Assembly (NCBI GenBank): GCA_963976795.1
Contig: CAXBLT010000014.1
Span: 2,314 to 66,313 of the forward strand
Source of the DNA: an uncultured Gammaproteobacteria bacterium
Lineage (GTDB): Bacteria > Pseudomonadota > Gammaproteobacteria > Eutrophobiales > Eutrophobiaceae
Reading direction: 5' to 3'
DNA: 64,000 nt
This document shows positions 44,310 through 54,244 of this stretch, piece by piece. Numbering within the stretch: position 1 is the stretch's first letter; the number at the start of each line of letters is the position of its first letter. The position numbers were made by a program, and so were the translations under genes. The notes below the pieces were generated by a model. The model did no database searches. It saw only the letters and a program-made list of their open reading frames with translations, and had not been told where the DNA came from.

Positions 44310-45662
44310 TTATTTAATCCATTCCAGCCCAATGATGACATCCTCTGCAGATTGAAATCGTTCGTCTGGTTCTTTCGCTAATAAACCATCTATCAATGGT
44401 TGGTATTTAGCCAAATGGGTAGGAAGATGTGGGATTGGCGCGTTTATGTGCATTGATATTAGTTGTGCTACCGATTTAGCGATGTAGGGGCGTTCGTTTG
44501 TTAGCATCTGGAAAATCATAATACCAAGACTGTATAGATCACTGCGATGATCAAAAGGCATGCCGGCACCTTGTTCTGGACTTATATAGTAGGGTGTGCC
44601 AACGATATGATTGTTGACCGTTATATCCTCCACGTCTCCCGTTAAATTTTTTGCAGCGCCAAAATCGGTGATTGTTAATGTGTCATCGGCTCTAAATAAA
44701 ATATTACCGGGCTTTATATCTCGATGAACGATATTCAATTCATGTACGGCAACTAAGCCTAGGCACATTTCACGGATGTATTCGATTGCTTTCTCTAATT
44801 CAATACCATGCTTAAGTTTTTTAGTTAAGTCACCACCAGGAAAATGTTCCATTGCAATATAAGCAAAATCTGATGCAAATGCCCGCTCATAAATAGAGAC
44901 TACATTTGGATGGTCAAGACACGATATTAACGTGTACTCTTGCATAAATCGTTTTAATGCAATGGGGTCTTCGTGGCCTTCGGTAAACATAACTTTCAAG
45001 ACAACTTCATTGTTTTCTTCTATTGGCTTGGCTAAAAATACGGTTGACATACCTCCGCGACCAATCTCTTTGAGTAGCTGATAGCCAGGAACGACAAGCC
45101 CAAATTTTTCTAATTGCTTATTCGTAGTAGAAAAATCAGCCGTCTCCCCAGAGATGTCAAAGAAATCATCCAGGTTAACATCATCTTCATCTTGAAAAAG
45201 TAAATCAGGTAATGGTGGTGTTCCAACAATTGTTGCCTCATCGACTTCTACATTACTTGTGATTAAGGTTTGTTGTTTATCTGCAAGAGAAAAAATATCA
45301 TCTAGTGTTGTTTTAATTGTGTATTCAGATATATCTTCTTTATCTATAAAATCTATTGCACCAGCTTTTAGTACGCGGACAGCAACCTTTGTATTACCTT
45401 CAGCTGTTAACATCAGAACAGGTGGCATACCAACAATTGAATTGAAATGCACCATCCAACCCAGACCATTTTCTCTTCCAAGCCCCAGGTCATAATCAAG
45501 AATGACTAGGTCAATTTCATCCCAAACAAAATCATCACTAGGTAATCTTTGACTAACAGGGTCATATTCTACGACCTCTACATCACTATATGTATTTTTT
45601 ATATAGTGAATCAATAATTTGCGGTAATCCGCCGAGTCATCAATGAGTAGTATGCGTGACAA
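44310..45662 (-). CDS. response-regulator receiver domain fused to Hanks-type Ser/Thr protein kinase (last gene of chemosensory operon)
   Basis: 450 aa; REC residues DD..D(LVILDYDLG)..T..K present; kinase GxGxxG (GRGGMSTV), HRDIKPGN, DFG, SPE motifs. Confidence 0.85.
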   Translation of the reverse strand: MSRILLIDDSADYRKLLIHYIKNTYSDVEVVEYDPVSQRLPSDDFVWDEIDLVILDYDLGLGRENGLGWMVHFNSIVGMPPVLMLTAEGNTKVAVRVLKAGAIDFIDKEDISEYTIKTTLDDIFSLADKQQTLITSNVEVDEATIVGTPPLPDLLFQDEDDVNLDDFFDISGETADFSTTNKQLEKFGLVVPGYQLLKEIGRGGMSTVFLAKPIEENNEVVLKVMFTEGHEDPIALKRFMQEYTLISCLDHPNVVSIYERAFASDFAYIAMEHFPGGDLTKKLKHGIELEKAIEYIREMCLGLVAVHELNIVHRDIKPGNILFRADDTLTITDFGAAKNLTGDVEDITVNNHIVGTPYYISPEQGAGMPFDHRSDLYSLGIMIFQMLTNERPYIAKSVAQLISMHINAPIPHLPTHLAKYQPLIDGLLAKEPDERFQSAEDVIIGLEWIK

Positions 45663-45744
45663 TAGAAGCTATCCTGGTGAGCTTATTAAATATCAGGTTA
45701 GTAAATTAATGAAATAAATAATATTATTCAACAAGATGTAGTTT

Positions 45745-48700
45745 TCAAACTAGTAAGCTGTGAACATGATCTAATAAATCATCTTCTGAAAAAGGTTTGG
45801 TCACATATATATTGACCCCAGCCGCTTCGGCTTGTTTTCTGTGTTTGTCCGTTGAGCGTGATGTTATCATAATTACAGGGATGTCTTTTGTGTTTTCAAG
45901 ACCGCGTACATGTGAGGTCAATTCCATACCATTCATTCTTGGCATTTCCATATCAACCAGCATGATATTTGGTTTTTTATTCTCGATGATTCCAACAGCT
46001 TCCAGACCATCTTTGGCTGTCCTGACATCAAAGCCTGCATCCTGGATAACCTGGGTGAGAGCACGTCTGGCACTGAGAGAATCATCGACTACTAGGGCTA
46101 CAGGCAGTGCACGATGAATATTTGAGTGGGTCAGTTCATCAGGTTTGTCTAAAATCGTAACTGGTGCTCGAATTAATTCAGGTAAATCAATAACGGGTAT
46201 GACACTACCATCGCCCAGGATAGTCGCTCCAAGCATGCCCTTGATGTTATTAATATATTTCCCCATGGACTTAATAAAAAGGTCTCGTGTATCAACTACT
46301 TCTTGTATATAAATAACATGATTCAATTCTTCATCACGGATAAGCAAGGCCGGTCTTGTCTCTCTCGTATCACCTCTTCTATCTTCGGGTAAATTTAATA
46401 AGGATTCTAGGGATTGCATTTTAAGTTTTTCGCCATCAACTTCACACATAAGGCCATGGTCAGTCTCAATAATTTGTGAATCACTTGGGTGAAGGATTTT
46501 TTCTATACCGTGATTAGATACGGCAATTATATTATTTAAGTGGCGTAATAATAAAGCGTGAGATGACATTAACGTTAATGGCATTCTTAATTCAATTAAA
46601 CACCCCTTGTTCTCTTTAGACTCGATATGAACGCTACCTTTCATTGCTAGAAGTTCAGTGTGAACGATGTCCATACCAACGCCACGGCCAGAAGTTTGTG
46701 TTGCTTTCTCTCGTGTTGAAAAACCAGGGTTTAAAATAAGTCTGTTAATCTTGTTCTCAGAAAATTGTTCATCTGGCCTTAATAAACCTCGTTTGATAGC
46801 TGTATCGATTATATCTTTTCTATCAAGACCTGAGCCATCATCCTGACATTTAACAAGAATTTGAGTGCCTTCTCTGACAAAAGTAAGTTGCAGCTTTCCT
46901 TCCGGGTCTTTTTTCAGGTGTATTCGTTGTTCACGATTTTCAATACCATGGTCTATGGCGTTTCTAAGTATATGCATCAACGGGTCTATCAACTTATTTA
47001 AAATGTCGCTATCTATAAGCGTGTCAGAGCCAATAATTTCGAGAGAGACTTCTTTCTTTGTGCTTCTACATGTTTGTCGCACAATACGCTGTAACCTAGG
47101 AGATATAGTCTTAATAGCTACCATGCGGGTGCGCATAACAATTCCCTGGATTTCATTATGTAGACGTAACTTATCGACTAATAATTCATCCAGTTCACGT
47201 AAGTCATTTGCAACCTCTTGATTTAATTCATATGAGTCATCTGCAGCTTCGACAATGCGATGAGTAACGGTATGTAGTTCGTTATATTCTTCAAGCTCTA
47301 ATGAGTCGAAAACTGTATCTTGGTCAGCACTCTGTTGATTGTTTTGAACAGCGCTTTTTACATCTACTTGAACCTCCAAGTCTGAAGCTAGATTTTTCAC
47401 GCTATTTTGGTGCTCAACAAGTCGTTGTGACTGCATTGTTGATAGTCTTACCCTTTCTTGAAGTTGAGATGTGACAATCATGGTTTCACCAAGAAGTCTT
47501 AATATTTCATCGATTAGATTAGCCGGAACGCGTAATATAGCACTGGCATCACTATCATCGTTTTCTTTTTCAATATCCTCTTCTTTGGGTTTTGCAGTGA
47601 CCGGTTCAATAGTTTCATTTTCTTCAGATTTAAGACAATCTACGCCTTCCTTTTCTAAGCGTATTGCCCAGTCCAATATACTTTGCAACACGTTTTGACT
47701 GTTTGAGGGGGCTGTTCCACGTTCTAACAAAGCTTCACTCATTTCTTCTAAACAATCTGCTGCATCCATGAAGCTAGCTGCTAAGGCAGGAGAGGGGAGG
47801 TGATTTAGATCATTGAGTGAACTCATTATGTCTTCAAGCTGATGGGTTAAGATGGCAATACCTTTTACACCAACGGTATTTGCCGCACCTTTTACTGTAT
47901 GAGCAATGCGTTGTGCTTTATGTACTTCGCTGATGTCACCACTGCCATCAATCAGGGCTTGAATTGCAGCTGAAAAACCCTCTGTCTGTCCGGGTAGTTC
48001 CTGCAATAAACCATCGAGTAATTCTTGGTTTATATCTTCCGGAAGCTCAATAGAAACATCTTCACTTTTTGCTTCTGTCTGTCTTGCTTCTTTATGAATA
48101 TCAACCTCTGAGACATAGACCGCTTTTAAGAGATTAATCAGTGCCGGTGCAACACCGGTCATTAAATTATTCGGTAATTCTTTATCTTTTACGATATCTA
48201 CAAGTGCACTGCTAAAAACATTATCTCCTGGGTTTTGTAGATAAGATAAAACACTTTGAGGCCATAAAGTAAGAAGTGACAATTGATGTTCTGTAAATTT
48301 AGCTTCGTTATTTGAAAAATAATTAATATTATTCGTGAATACAGAAGCTATTTGGTACAAGCCATCCATCTCGGCTGCCTGGCATGCACTACCAAAACGC
48401 TCGACATGAAGAGCATACTGGGATAGAGAATCAACGATTACTTCAGCCTCGGTATCTTCATTTTTTATTAATTCAATATGAGATAAGATTTCATCGCGGA
48501 TTATAGTTGCTTCTTCTTGTAGCATTTTAACAAGATCTTTACTAATGCCATGTGGTGCAGCGAGGATATCTTTTGTTTCAATCACATCATCTAATATTTC
48601 ATTGAATTCTTCCTGTAATCTTTCGTTCGTCGAGACCGTTGTTGAATTCGTAGGGGCAGCTATATTAGCTGCTTCCGGTTCAATGACCTCATTTGCTTCA

Positions 48701-49881
48701 GGAGGAGCACCCATCATCTCTTGGATAATATCTAGGTCAGCTTGTGCCATAGGGTTTGGCCATTGCTCATCTGATAGATACTCAAGAATGTTTTGAATCG
48801 CATCAGTTGAGTTTGGATTTACTAAATAATTTTTAACAAGTGACAGCCATTGCTTAATATGTTGAATATATTGTTCTAAAGATGATTTGCTATCATCTGC
48901 TATGTCAGATAAAAATTCTTTTATAAGAAAACAGACGTCCTGAAACCCAAGTAGATCCAATTCTCCTGCGGCTAGTCCGATTTCTTCAGAATTGTTTGCA
49001 ACATTGAGAATGCTGTCTTTATTATGTGGCTCTACCTCTGCGACAGAACGCTGGAGTTTATTAAATACATTAACCAGTGCGTCTGGTATGTTTGGTGAAC
49101 TATCCTTAGTTTGGACGCCAAACATCTCTAATAAAACATTAGCATCGGTTTCAGCGAGGGGTGTGGGCCATTCATCTTGTTTTAAGTTAGCAACTAATGC
49201 GGAAGCAGCGGCAGAATTGTTTGTGCTTGACAAAAATAACTCAGCTTGATTGAGCCATTCTAACACCATGTTCTTCTGTGTGTCGTTTATTCCATTATTA
49301 TCTTGTTCAAGATCGGTTATATTCTCTTGAAATAACAAACAAACATCTAGAAACCCCATTAGGTTTTCTTCGTTAAGAGAAAGTAATAACTCTTCTAACT
49401 TTTCATTTAAAAGGCCTAATTCAAGGGTTTTGTTATTTCTTATGTTGGTGATGATTTCTGAGAATAAAGTTTGAAATTTATTAGCTTCTTTACTAAGCAT
49501 GTCGTTTAAAACATTTAGATCTGCTTCTTCTAGTGATGTACTTAAATCTGAATTATTAAAGAAATTAGTGAGAGCATCTGCGGTGGAATGTGTGCTGTTT
49601 TTTAAGTGATTAGAAGCAAGGATCGGCCATCGTTTTAATAACTCAAGTTGAGTGCTGCTCAAGGTATTATTGGTTTCAATAATATCGGAATATGTTTCCT
49701 GAACTAAAAAACAAATATCCTGGAAGCCTAATCGTTTATTTTCACCTGCTGCAATTCCCAAGGCTTCGATGTTATTTAGCGCATATTGTAAAGATGCCGT
49801 ATCAATATTATCTTGGCTGGGAATAGATTGGGAAACCTGAGCAATGAATAGCTCTAGATTAGAGTTGATTTTAGAACTCAT
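45745..49881 (-). CDS. ChpA/PilL-like hybrid CheA histidine kinase: four FimL-like N-terminal repeats + Hpt + HATPase + CheW + C-terminal REC
   Basis: 1378 aa; Hpt HTVKGAANTVGV; repeated ~110-aa modules each ending W(P).P.....D...L.EM; C-terminal receiver VALVVDDS...MLVDMEMP. Confidence 0.85.
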   Translation of the reverse strand: MSSKINSNLELFIAQVSQSIPSQDNIDTASLQYALNNIEALGIAAGENKRLGFQDICFLVQETYSDIIETNNTLSSTQLELLKRWPILASNHLKNSTHSTADALTNFFNNSDLSTSLEEADLNVLNDMLSKEANKFQTLFSEIITNIRNNKTLELGLLNEKLEELLLSLNEENLMGFLDVCLLFQENITDLEQDNNGINDTQKNMVLEWLNQAELFLSSTNNSAAASALVANLKQDEWPTPLAETDANVLLEMFGVQTKDSSPNIPDALVNVFNKLQRSVAEVEPHNKDSILNVANNSEEIGLAAGELDLLGFQDVCFLIKEFLSDIADDSKSSLEQYIQHIKQWLSLVKNYLVNPNSTDAIQNILEYLSDEQWPNPMAQADLDIIQEMMGAPPEANEVIEPEAANIAAPTNSTTVSTNERLQEEFNEILDDVIETKDILAAPHGISKDLVKMLQEEATIIRDEILSHIELIKNEDTEAEVIVDSLSQYALHVERFGSACQAAEMDGLYQIASVFTNNINYFSNNEAKFTEHQLSLLTLWPQSVLSYLQNPGDNVFSSALVDIVKDKELPNNLMTGVAPALINLLKAVYVSEVDIHKEARQTEAKSEDVSIELPEDINQELLDGLLQELPGQTEGFSAAIQALIDGSGDISEVHKAQRIAHTVKGAANTVGVKGIAILTHQLEDIMSSLNDLNHLPSPALAASFMDAADCLEEMSEALLERGTAPSNSQNVLQSILDWAIRLEKEGVDCLKSEENETIEPVTAKPKEEDIEKENDDSDASAILRVPANLIDEILRLLGETMIVTSQLQERVRLSTMQSQRLVEHQNSVKNLASDLEVQVDVKSAVQNNQQSADQDTVFDSLELEEYNELHTVTHRIVEAADDSYELNQEVANDLRELDELLVDKLRLHNEIQGIVMRTRMVAIKTISPRLQRIVRQTCRSTKKEVSLEIIGSDTLIDSDILNKLIDPLMHILRNAIDHGIENREQRIHLKKDPEGKLQLTFVREGTQILVKCQDDGSGLDRKDIIDTAIKRGLLRPDEQFSENKINRLILNPGFSTREKATQTSGRGVGMDIVHTELLAMKGSVHIESKENKGCLIELRMPLTLMSSHALLLRHLNNIIAVSNHGIEKILHPSDSQIIETDHGLMCEVDGEKLKMQSLESLLNLPEDRRGDTRETRPALLIRDEELNHVIYIQEVVDTRDLFIKSMGKYINNIKGMLGATILGDGSVIPVIDLPELIRAPVTILDKPDELTHSNIHRALPVALVVDDSLSARRALTQVIQDAGFDVRTAKDGLEAVGIIENKKPNIMLVDMEMPRMNGMELTSHVRGLENTKDIPVIMITSRSTDKHRKQAEAAGVNIYVTKPFSEDDLLDHVHSLLV

Positions 49882-49935
49882 CAGAATGCACTCATACAGT
49901 GATGATAATAGTATTGAATATTAGTATATCGATTA

Positions 49936-51324
49936 TTAAATATTCATCTCATCATCAGCTAGTCTGAATACGCCGACCGATGCCACTAATTGCATGGCTT
50001 GCTCCACTAGTTCATCAGTATGTACAGTTTGATCTTGCAAATGGGCTCCTGTTTTACGAACACTATCTCGAATAACGTCTGTGCGCTCTCTCAGTTGATT
50101 ACTGGTTTTGGCTTGTGCAACAGCATGTTCTGCAATTTTTTGTACCATACTTACTAATTCAGCTGTTGTAGATTGCGTTTCTTTCATTTGTGAACCAGCA
50201 GTTTCTGCTAACTGACTACCACCGACAACCTGGGTGGTAAGCTCGTTCATTGTGTTGACTGTATTTACAGTTTCAATCTGAATATTATTCACTAACGTGC
50301 CAATTTGCGAAGTTGCTTCTCTGGCATTTTCAGCAAGGCGTTGCACTTCGTCAGCAACGACAGCAAAGCCGCGGCCGGCTTCACCGGCAGATGCTGCGTG
50401 CATGCTGGCATTAAGAGCAAGAATATGTGTTCTTTCAGAGATATTATTAATTAAGTTTACAGCAGTACTAATTTCTTGAGATCGTTCACCAAGGCGTTTA
50501 ATACGTTTTTCAGTTTCATGGATGGTGTCACGTATATTATTAATGCTATCTACAGTATCACCCACTGTACTCATAGCAGTTATGGTGGTTTTTATTGCAT
50601 CTTCGGCAGCAATATTAGATTGCTCTGCTAAACGGGCGATTCTGGACATGGTTCCTGTAGCCGATTTCAATTCTATTGCTGCTTTTTCAACTTCATCCTG
50701 TTCCTTATTAGCGAGTAACAATACATTATCAGATTGAGATTTAACCAGGTTTGACGTTTCTGCAACATCACCAGAGATTCTTGTTACTTCGTTTAATACG
50801 CTAGTTGTTTCAGAAGTCATTAAATTTAATGCATCTGCTAATGGACCAGTAATGTCTTCATTTACTTTTGCCTTTATGCCAAGGTTTTTCTGAGCCATTT
50901 GTGCAACTGTTTCTAATAGCGCCACAATGGAGTCATTTAACTGTTCATTTTCATCTTCTATGCTCATCAAAACAGAAACGCGTTCATTTAACATAGTATC
51001 AATTGATGTGCTGATATTCTCAAATTCATCTCCGCTTTTAACACCGACGCGTGCTTCTAGATCGCCTTCTGATATTTTCTCCATAATGTTCATTAATCTT
51101 TCGATAGGCTTGTAGAGAGAATTAACGAAATAAACGGTGCCGATAAAAGTAATAGTCAACATTACAAAAACACTTTTAACCCCATTATTTAAAATTTGTG
51201 TGATAGCTTCACTATGCTCTGCACTTGATATTGCGAAATACAAACTAAGGAGAATGCTCAAGTAGGCAATATTGATGAATAAGACCCCTAAAAATAATTT
51301 GTTTTTGATTTGCATCTTCATCAT
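49936..51324 (-). CDS. methyl-accepting chemotaxis protein, PilJ-position, essentially no periplasmic domain
   Basis: 462 aa; two TM helices ~20 aa apart, HAMP, MCP signalling hairpin (ALNASMHAASAGEAGRGFAVVADEVQRLAE). Confidence 0.85.
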   Translation of the reverse strand: MMKMQIKNKLFLGVLFINIAYLSILLSLYFAISSAEHSEAITQILNNGVKSVFVMLTITFIGTVYFVNSLYKPIERLMNIMEKISEGDLEARVGVKSGDEFENISTSIDTMLNERVSVLMSIEDENEQLNDSIVALLETVAQMAQKNLGIKAKVNEDITGPLADALNLMTSETTSVLNEVTRISGDVAETSNLVKSQSDNVLLLANKEQDEVEKAAIELKSATGTMSRIARLAEQSNIAAEDAIKTTITAMSTVGDTVDSINNIRDTIHETEKRIKRLGERSQEISTAVNLINNISERTHILALNASMHAASAGEAGRGFAVVADEVQRLAENAREATSQIGTLVNNIQIETVNTVNTMNELTTQVVGGSQLAETAGSQMKETQSTTAELVSMVQKIAEHAVAQAKTSNQLRERTDVIRDSVRKTGAHLQDQTVHTDELVEQAMQLVASVGVFRLADDEMNI

Positions 51325-51381
51325 GATTGTTGCTCTCAGTTGTTGATTTAAGTTACTTAGTTCTTATTGCGAATCAGTTTT

Positions 51382-51921
51382 CTAATCGGAATAATCCTTG
51401 GTCATGTTTTTAATAAATGCGTCGTAATCAATTTCAATCCATATCTCTTGTTCTAGAAAAAATGTTTCTGATATATAATCGGTAAGAATTTCAGGGGTGT
51501 CATTAGGTGTTGATGTTTTAATGAATTTCTCATTATCGATATCAATTGAGTTTGGTAGGTCATCTATATATGTGGCAAAGGCACTTTCGCCTCTATCGAT
51601 AATTAGTAATGTATCATCTTTTTTATCATCGCCAGTTTGTTCAAGTATTTTTTTTAAATCAAATACTGGTACAAGTATACCTCGTAGATTTATCAATCCT
51701 TGTATCCATGGTGGCGTGTTTGGCATGGAATAAATTATTGGTCTTTTAACCACTTCACAGATGGTGAATTTGTTGATGAGTAAATTTATTTCTCCTAGAC
51801 GAAAGCCGAATCGTAGATTTAAGGATTGACCGTCATCAACAAACCCTTGGTATGGATCAAAGTGATCTGCCTCAGACGAAATATTAACGAGTTCAGGTTC
51901 TGTCGTTTGATCGGGTGTCAA
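51382..51921 (-). CDS. CheW-like coupling protein (PilI-like)
   Basis: 179 aa CheW domain. Confidence 0.8.
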   Translation of the reverse strand: MTPDQTTEPELVNISSEADHFDPYQGFVDDGQSLNLRFGFRLGEINLLINKFTICEVVKRPIIYSMPNTPPWIQGLINLRGILVPVFDLKKILEQTGDDKKDDTLLIIDRGESAFATYIDDLPNSIDIDNEKFIKTSTPNDTPEILTDYISETFFLEQEIWIEIDYDAFIKNMTKDYSD

Positions 51922-51973
51922 TTTATATGCCTATATCAAAATCTAATCAATTTGTTAGTTAGTTGCAGCTTGA

Positions 51974-52339
51974 TTATTCATATGCCTTCAGTTGATCCAG
52001 GATTTGTTCCTTCGTGTAGGGTTTTGATACAAGGTCTTTGCCTCCTTGCATTTTGGCCCAGACGCGATCTGCTTTTTGGCGTTTGCTACTCACAAAAACA
52101 ATAGGAATTGTTTTAGTCGCACTATCATTTGTTAATGTTCTCGTTGCTTCGTAACCATCCATTTGATCCATGACGATGTCCATAAAGATAATGTCGGGTT
52201 TTTCACTTTTTGCTTTTTCAATAGCATCACTGCCATTTGATGCGGTAATGACTTCTTTTTCTGTATCACTAATGATCTTTTCAAGGTTTGATAAATCTGT
52301 TGATGAATCATCAACAATCAGAACTTTACTTATCGGCAT
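51974..52339 (-). CDS. pilH: single-domain response regulator PilH
   Basis: 121 aa; C-terminal DRVWAKMQGGKDLVSKP closely parallels P. aeruginosa PilH DKVWGKRQGARDYLTKP. Confidence 0.75.
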   Translation of the reverse strand: MPISKVLIVDDSSTDLSNLEKIISDTEKEVITASNGSDAIEKAKSEKPDIIFMDIVMDQMDGYEATRTLTNDSATKTIPIVFVSSKRQKADRVWAKMQGGKDLVSKPYTKEQILDQLKAYE

Positions 52340-52404
52340 TATTTCCTCCGGGCTAAAATGTAACTAGTAAATCTTATTAAGTTTAAATCTTATGGATAGA
52401 TAAA

Positions 52405-53205
52405 TTAAGAGACAGCACTGGCTCTTATCGGCTCATTCAAATACTGAGAAACAACTTCTTTGAATATTGTTTGACCAACGGGTTTAATTAAGTAGGTATC
52501 ACAACCGGCCAGTTTCCCTTTTATTTTATCAGCGGGTGATGAGTTTCCTGTAAGCATAATAATTGGAGTGTTTTTTGCCTTGCCTTGTTTAATGACTTTA
52601 CAAATCTCATAACCATCCATGCCAGGTAAAATAACATCGAGAAAAATTATTTGATATTCATTTGTATTAATTAATTCAAATGCTTCTTCACCAGATTCAG
52701 CAAAATCAACACGCTCCGTAAAAGGTTTTAGAGCCTGATCCATTTGTATTCTTACAGGTAAACTGTCATCAATAACAAGTGCTATAGAATGTTTTACGTC
52801 ATTGTTTTTTGATATTGGCGTCGCAGTTTGTTCTAAAATTGCAACTTCTTCTTTGACTGTAAACTCTTTAGCTGTGACCTGATCTAAAATGCTTATTGCT
52901 CTGGATGCAATTAAAGGACGTCTTACCTGATAATGTTCTGTCTTGAACTCGCGATCTTTAGAAACTAATACAGAAGGAGGATCTTTTATATCTTTGGCTT
53001 CAAGTGTATTTCGATATTTACGCCATTGAATCAAAGATAAAGGTTCATCAGCATTCACCATTAAAATTTGTGGCGAATCATTAATGTCCGTCGCCGAGTA
53101 AGCTGTATGTCTTGACTGCGAATGTTGAAAAGCGGCGTTTAAACGTTTTTCTTCAATAGATGGAATACCAATTAAGGCTACCGTTATATTGTTATCTGCA
53201 TTCAC
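52405..53205 (-). CDS. pilG: PilG-like response regulator with ~140-aa N-terminal degenerate (pseudo-)receiver extension
   Basis: C-terminal REC with PilG-like DKIKGKLAGCDTYLIKP; N-terminal half has receiver-like strand pattern but lacks the phospho-Asp. Confidence 0.6.
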   Translation of the reverse strand: MNADNNITVALIGIPSIEEKRLNAAFQHSQSRHTAYSATDINDSPQILMVNADEPLSLIQWRKYRNTLEAKDIKDPPSVLVSKDREFKTEHYQVRRPLIASRAISILDQVTAKEFTVKEEVAILEQTATPISKNNDVKHSIALVIDDSLPVRIQMDQALKPFTERVDFAESGEEAFELINTNEYQIIFLDVILPGMDGYEICKVIKQGKAKNTPIIMLTGNSSPADKIKGKLAGCDTYLIKPVGQTIFKEVVSQYLNEPIRASAVS

Positions 53206-53227
53206 GTTGTCAATTCCCTATATATTC

Positions 53228-54232
53228 TTAGGTGTTTTCGATACTTAAATAAACCAGTGTTTGATTTAACAATTGGTATGCAATTTCGCCATAAGTCATG
53301 GGGCCCGTCATACCTGGAGTTGTTTTTCCTTCTAGTTCTGAATGAAGATAATTTAAGAGACAGTTACAAGAAAAGGTCGTGCCATTTTCCAATACCGGCA
53401 GGGAAGACTGGAAGGCAGAAACATAGTCATCAAGAGGAGCGGATAATTTGTACTCAACACCACTAAATACAGGGGCATAGAAAGAAACTGTTTTTTTCTT
53501 TTCATCAATTTCCTGGAATGATACATTTATCATTGCACCAGAATAATCTGCCACGAGAGGTAGTTTGATATCTACATTAATGCCTAATAAATAATCAGCA
53601 AGATTTTGTTCTATACCATTAACGAGGCAGGAGGATGCAGAAAAACCTGTTTCAGGGAATTCAATAACATCACCACCACCTTGATTCATAATATTAACAA
53701 TTCCAATATTAGCTACTTTATTGGGTGCTAAAGTGACATGCATTGCCACAGCTTTATCTGAAGATGTTTCAGTTGTACCGCCATTAAATACAGTGGGTTT
53801 GACGCTGCCTTGGTCATCAAGGTGTATGCCGGTAACCCAGCCAGCAATAGGTTTAATAAACATCTCTTCATATTCGGGTGCATTTTGCGCATAAGAGAGA
53901 TGTAAATCACTAAATGCAGGGATTAATAATATGGTGAACCCGTCATCGGGCGAGTCTTTCGCAATATTTTTTATACTATCCGTATTATAAAATTTAACTT
54001 GGATTCGACGAGCAACGCCAGGATCAAGTTCTGAAGCATAAATCATGTCGCGAGTTGTTATACCTCCGTCAGAAGACATGAAGTAAGGGATTGAGCCGCC
54101 AATCCAGCGACCTTTTGGTAATTGTTTTAGAAGGTTTTCATCTCCGGCAAGCCATAATACCTTACCTGCTTCGATAGCTGCCTTCGCTTGATCAACGGTT
54201 AGCATTTTTGTGTGTATATCAGATGTGGACAT
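53228..54232 (-). CDS. hypothetical cytoplasmic protein, possibly FIST (N+C) sensory domain protein
   Basis: 334 aa, no TM; C-terminal PMTYGEIAYQLLNQT reminiscent of FIST_C signature; co-operonic with che genes. Confidence 0.4.
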   Translation of the reverse strand: MSTSDIHTKMLTVDQAKAAIEAGKVLWLAGDENLLKQLPKGRWIGGSIPYFMSSDGGITTRDMIYASELDPGVARRIQVKFYNTDSIKNIAKDSPDDGFTILLIPAFSDLHLSYAQNAPEYEEMFIKPIAGWVTGIHLDDQGSVKPTVFNGGTTETSSDKAVAMHVTLAPNKVANIGIVNIMNQGGGDVIEFPETGFSASSCLVNGIEQNLADYLLGINVDIKLPLVADYSGAMINVSFQEIDEKKKTVSFYAPVFSGVEYKLSAPLDDYVSAFQSSLPVLENGTTFSCNCLLNYLHSELEGKTTPGMTGPMTYGEIAYQLLNQTLVYLSIENT

Positions 54233-54244
54233 TTTAACCTACTC

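Noticed and set aside
45797-49249. Several plus-strand ORFs (45797-46117, 46865-47221, 47471-47698, 48545-48796, 48992-49249) opposite the ChpA-like gene
   Set aside because: Antisense shadow ORFs with Ser/Ile-rich low-complexity sequence; the minus-strand 1378-aa CheA reading frame is clearly the real gene.
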